Of a DNA stretch of 64,000 nt, positions 61,831-64,000 are shown piece by piece. Numbering within the stretch: the stretch's first letter is position 1; each line of letters begins with the position of its first letter. This stretch comes from Promethearchaeota archaeon Loki_b32 (GTDB taxonomy: Archaea; Asgardarchaeota; Lokiarchaeia; Sigyniarchaeales; SOKP01): contig NJBH01000002.1 of the NCBI GenBank assembly GCA_005223125.1, positions 64,001 to 128,000 of the forward strand, given 5' to 3'. A program made the translations under genes and the position numbers. The notes under the pieces are model-generated. The model was given only the letters and a program-made list of their open reading frames with translations, did no database searches and had not been told where the DNA came from.

Positions 61831-62494
61831 TATTAGGTTCCTCCTCTTTCTTTTGTTGAATTACATCCATCACACTTAATTGTCTAGTGGTTGGTTTAAG
61901 TATTTTCCTCAATTCTAAATAATCTTTAGGCAAATAGGGTTCTAAATTAATATCAGTATATTCTTCATCTATTTCTCTTAATATACGTTTAAGCATTTCT
62001 GGAGAAATACAGGCTTTTAAGACTGTTGTAGGGTGGTATATTATAATATTCTCTCTTTTAATTTCTATTATCCATCGATTGTGTCTTAACTCTCTTAATA
62101 TTCCTCTCAATTCATTCGCACTTATACTGGTTGATTGTAGTTTTTGTTCTAAGAGATCAAAGGTTGGTCCCTGAGAATATTCAAATTCATGAAGAAGAAT
62201 AATACAAACAAGTGCTATTGCCTTATTTGAAATTGCTCGCCTTTTTGATTCATAAGCATCAGGATTTATGATAATAGGAACAATTTTATCTTCAGTCTCG
62301 ACAATTTGAAGAATTCCTTCGAAATATCGATTTGTCGTTATAATAAATTTTTTAATTTCTTCTGTATTGGGGAAATTTAATAATTTTGAACTTATACCTG
62401 GACCTTTAGATGTTCCTTGAAGAATTATAGAAATCTTTCTCAAAGTTTCTTTATCTAATCCCATTTTATCATAATTATATAAATCTTTCTGCAT
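61823..62494 (-). CDS. jetB: Putative KITE subunit (JetB/MksE-like)
   Basis: 223 aa, winged-helix pattern (LRGILRELRHNRWIIE...YHPT); overlaps both neighbours; position in the operon. Confidence 0.6.
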   Translation of the reverse strand: MQKDLYNYDKMGLDKETLRKISIILQGTSKGPGISSKLLNFPNTEEIKKFIITTNRYFEGILQIVETEDKIVPIIINPDAYESKRRAISNKAIALVCIILLHEFEYSQGPTFDLLEQKLQSTSISANELRGILRELRHNRWIIEIKRENIIIYHPTTVLKACISPEMLKRILREIDEEYTDINLEPYLPKDYLELRKILKPTTRQLSVMDVIQQKKEEEPNNG

Positions 62495-63858
62495 TAATGT
62501 CCCTCCATTATTTTTTCATCAATTATATTATATTTTCTAGCAGTAAATTTTTCAATATATCTTTTGGAATCATTAATTATACGAAATTTGTTTTCAAGTT
62601 GGATTTTCTGTTCAAGAGATAGAGTATAAAACATTAATAAGTTTTCTAGAAAAGTACGAGGTTTTTTATTCTTTACGATTTGGTAATCTTCCTCTGGATT
62701 AAATTTAATTGCTTTCTTTAACAGTTCTTCCTTTAACGGAATAAGATCTGATTTTTCCACCACATTTTCAATAAAAGATTTTTCCTCCAAAATAGAGCTT
62801 GGAGCTTCGGGTAATTCTTCAAATTCCGTATCTTCTACTTTTCTTAGAACATTGATTAACGCTCTTTTTACATAATAAGAATTGATTTTCATAGGATATT
62901 GTACTGGAATAGCACAAGTATTACAATTAAAAAATATCTCTTGCCAATTTTTATTGGTAAAATTATTGAGAATAAAATCTTGCATTTTAATAAAGGGAGT
63001 CTCTAATAGCCCACCTCTTGATTTTGCCAATTTAAAGTCGTATTTTGCAGAAGCTATATTTAATAATTGAATGACCGCATCAAATATGCTAGTGCTAATT
63101 TGAACATGATGTTGAATAGTCAGACTTGAATTTCCCAATTCATCCTTATTTTGAAATTCTAAAATTTGATCTATTAATTTATGAATTTCACGGATTTTTT
63201 CATCGATATCGGGATCTTCTAAAATAATATTTCCTTCTCGTTTTAAATTTTCTACAAAATCTTTTAATGCATTAATTAATCCATAAATCCAATTCAATTC
63301 TAACCCGTATTGTTCAAAACTTATAAAAGAACGTATCATTTCAACCATAACAAATAAATCCTCGAAAATTCCATAACGCTTCATTGCGATTGTTTCTAAC
63401 TTGAGTTTTTGGTAAGTATGAACGAGAAATTTTCCCATAGAAGTAAGTTTTAATATCTCCCCAATATTTTGAAGAGGGCTTAAAATGGATCTTCCTGTAA
63501 GTTTGGATAAGAGATCTTCAAATTTTTCCCATGAAATAGATTCAAAATCTTTGCAAAAACCTTCGAATATTGAATATTTAGATTGTTCTCCTTCAAAACT
63601 TCTCTTCATTCCAATATAGAATAAAATTTTCATTGCTGTATTTAAATCCTCTTGATTGGAAAATTTCCCCATATTTTTTCCAAAGGATAATAACATTTTA
63701 TCAGCAGCTTTTGATTCATGAGAATCACATGACATAACTTCATCGATACTTATTTTTGGAATAAGTTTCCTTAAACTATCTTGAGTTTCTTTTGAGAGAA
63801 AAAAACTGTTCTTTTTTGATTCAATTTCATTTTGGGTATTTTCTATATTTTCTTTCAT
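62494..63858 (-). CDS. jetA: Putative kleisin subunit (JetA/MksF-like)
   Basis: 454 aa; N-terminal wHTH ending LKLTSMGK, helical middle; C-terminal FLENL.MFY.L....KIQL resembles a kleisin wHTH; first of the four core genes. Confidence 0.6.
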   Translation of the reverse strand: MKENIENTQNEIESKKNSFFLSKETQDSLRKLIPKISIDEVMSCDSHESKAADKMLLSFGKNMGKFSNQEDLNTAMKILFYIGMKRSFEGEQSKYSIFEGFCKDFESISWEKFEDLLSKLTGRSILSPLQNIGEILKLTSMGKFLVHTYQKLKLETIAMKRYGIFEDLFVMVEMIRSFISFEQYGLELNWIYGLINALKDFVENLKREGNIILEDPDIDEKIREIHKLIDQILEFQNKDELGNSSLTIQHHVQISTSIFDAVIQLLNIASAKYDFKLAKSRGGLLETPFIKMQDFILNNFTNKNWQEIFFNCNTCAIPVQYPMKINSYYVKRALINVLRKVEDTEFEELPEAPSSILEEKSFIENVVEKSDLIPLKEELLKKAIKFNPEEDYQIVKNKKPRTFLENLLMFYTLSLEQKIQLENKFRIINDSKRYIEKFTARKYNIIDEKIMEGH

Positions 63859-63910
63859 TTAACTTCTACTTATTCTTTCTTTTAATTAGGTTTGCTAAAT
63901 TAATTTTTTT

Positions 63911-64000
63911 TCAATAGAATTCTTGAACTTTGGACACATTATCAATTATATTTACTTCAAACAATGTATCGGCGATATCTTCTAATTCATTATGATGAGT
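63911..64000 (-). CDS. 3' end of a Rad50/SbcC-like ABC ATPase (not in ORF track)
   Basis: Reverse strand reads THHNELEDIADTLFEVNIIDNVSKVQEFY*, matching the H-loop and terminal strands of Rad50/SbcC. Confidence 0.6.
   Translation of the reverse strand, partial: THHNELEDIADTLFEVNIIDNVSKVQEFY

Larger units (their letters stand above)
47680..64000. mobile_element. Degenerate defence island / integrated element (extends beyond the window)
   Basis: Integrase remnant, TA remnants, HEPN, nucleases, Wadjet-like operon and long AT-rich gaps following housekeeping ogt. Confidence 0.55.

Noticed and set aside
1373-63070. Many short ORFs antisense to or nested in real genes (e.g. 19240-19731, 36748-37173, 57193-57573, 59819-60193)
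   Set aside because: They overlap genes with clear motifs and have the F/S/I/L-rich composition expected of shadow ORFs.
1-64000. CRISPR array, rRNA or tRNA genes
   Set aside because: No regularly spaced repeats and no GC-rich structured stretches were seen by eye; a tRNA scan was not run.

Overview
Very AT-rich archaeal DNA, most consistent with an Asgard archaeon (Lokiarchaeia-like). This is inferred from three Ras-superfamily small GTPases, longin/DENN-like domains, archaeal Nre, PAC2 and DUF2070 genes. Bases 1-47.5 kb are mostly housekeeping and accessory genes: tungstate ABC transporter, a molybdo/tungsto-pterin cluster (moaC-moaA-moaD-moaE-moeA-moaB-moeA), FTR1, a MoxR/vWA pair, a Bat-HTH regulator cluster, three PIN toxin-antitoxin pairs, nreA, an RsmB/NOP2 methyltransferase, an MFS transporter, a racemase and ogt. 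From about 47.6 kb to the end is a defence/mobile island. It holds TA remnants, a truncated tyrosine integrase, a HEPN protein, two PD-(D/E)xK-like proteins and a tightly coupled minus-strand operon. The operon reads: Rad50/SbcC-like ATPase (3' end only, not in the ORF track), kleisin-like JetA, KITE-like JetB, an SMC with Smc5/6-like head motifs, a JetD Toprim nuclease, a duplicated-domain TPR protein, a GHKL ATPase-zincin fusion, an unknown protein and an HExxH peptidase. This extended Wadjet-like operon is the best candidate for a new system. All calls come from motif recognition by eye; no searches were run. No rRNA, tRNA or CRISPR array was seen.
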